Assembly: GCF_002105155.1 (NCBI RefSeq)
Contig: NW_019028981.1
Coordinates: 992,001 to 1,056,000 of the forward strand
Length of the DNA stretch: 64,000 nucleotides
Direction: 5' to 3'
Source: Lobosporangium transversale
Lineage: Eukaryota
The notes under the pieces were generated by a model, which was given only the letters and a program-made list of their open reading frames with translations, had not been told where the DNA came from and ran no database searches. Of this stretch, positions 63,873 to 64,000 are shown piece after piece (within the stretch, counting starts at the first letter, position 1; each line of letters starts with the position of its first letter). Position numbers and translations under genes: made by a program.

Positions 63873-64000
63873 GTAAACACCAGCATACCATTCTTACTTT
63901 TAGCTTTTTGTATATTTCACTTTCGAGGCTCGAGTATTAGTAAAAGATCTGAAAGGAAAAATCATTTGTTACTTGCGCAATCCAAGGACGTTTATAAATT

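Overview
Intron-rich, AT-rich eukaryotic DNA. Gene content and intron style point to an early-diverging fungus, probably Mortierellaceae/Mucoromycota (inference). Long poly(A)/poly(T) tracts and microsatellites generate most of the short ORFs in the track, and these are spurious. Spliced genes rebuilt by hand from GT-AG boundaries and protein motifs are: PAN3, DNA2, a PNPOx-like protein, RPP40, a PAK/STE20 kinase with two CRIB motifs, an AZUL+HECT E3 ligase, a DHA2-type MFS transporter, a PKA catalytic subunit, NAB2/ZC3H14, PABPN1, mitochondrial L7/L12, a DUF1294-like membrane protein, gamma-SNAP and the 5' end of AK6/FAP7. The most interesting part is an accessory segment at about 53.6-61.3 kb. 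It holds an orphan secreted Cys-containing protein, a decayed RNI-like LRR gene, and three tandem 97-aa secreted 10-Cys paralogs. The paralogs look like a rewired pacifastin-type protease-inhibitor fold with different predicted reactive-site residues (K, D, E). No rRNA, tRNA, CRISPR or intact transposon is supported. All family calls come from motif recognition, not database searches.
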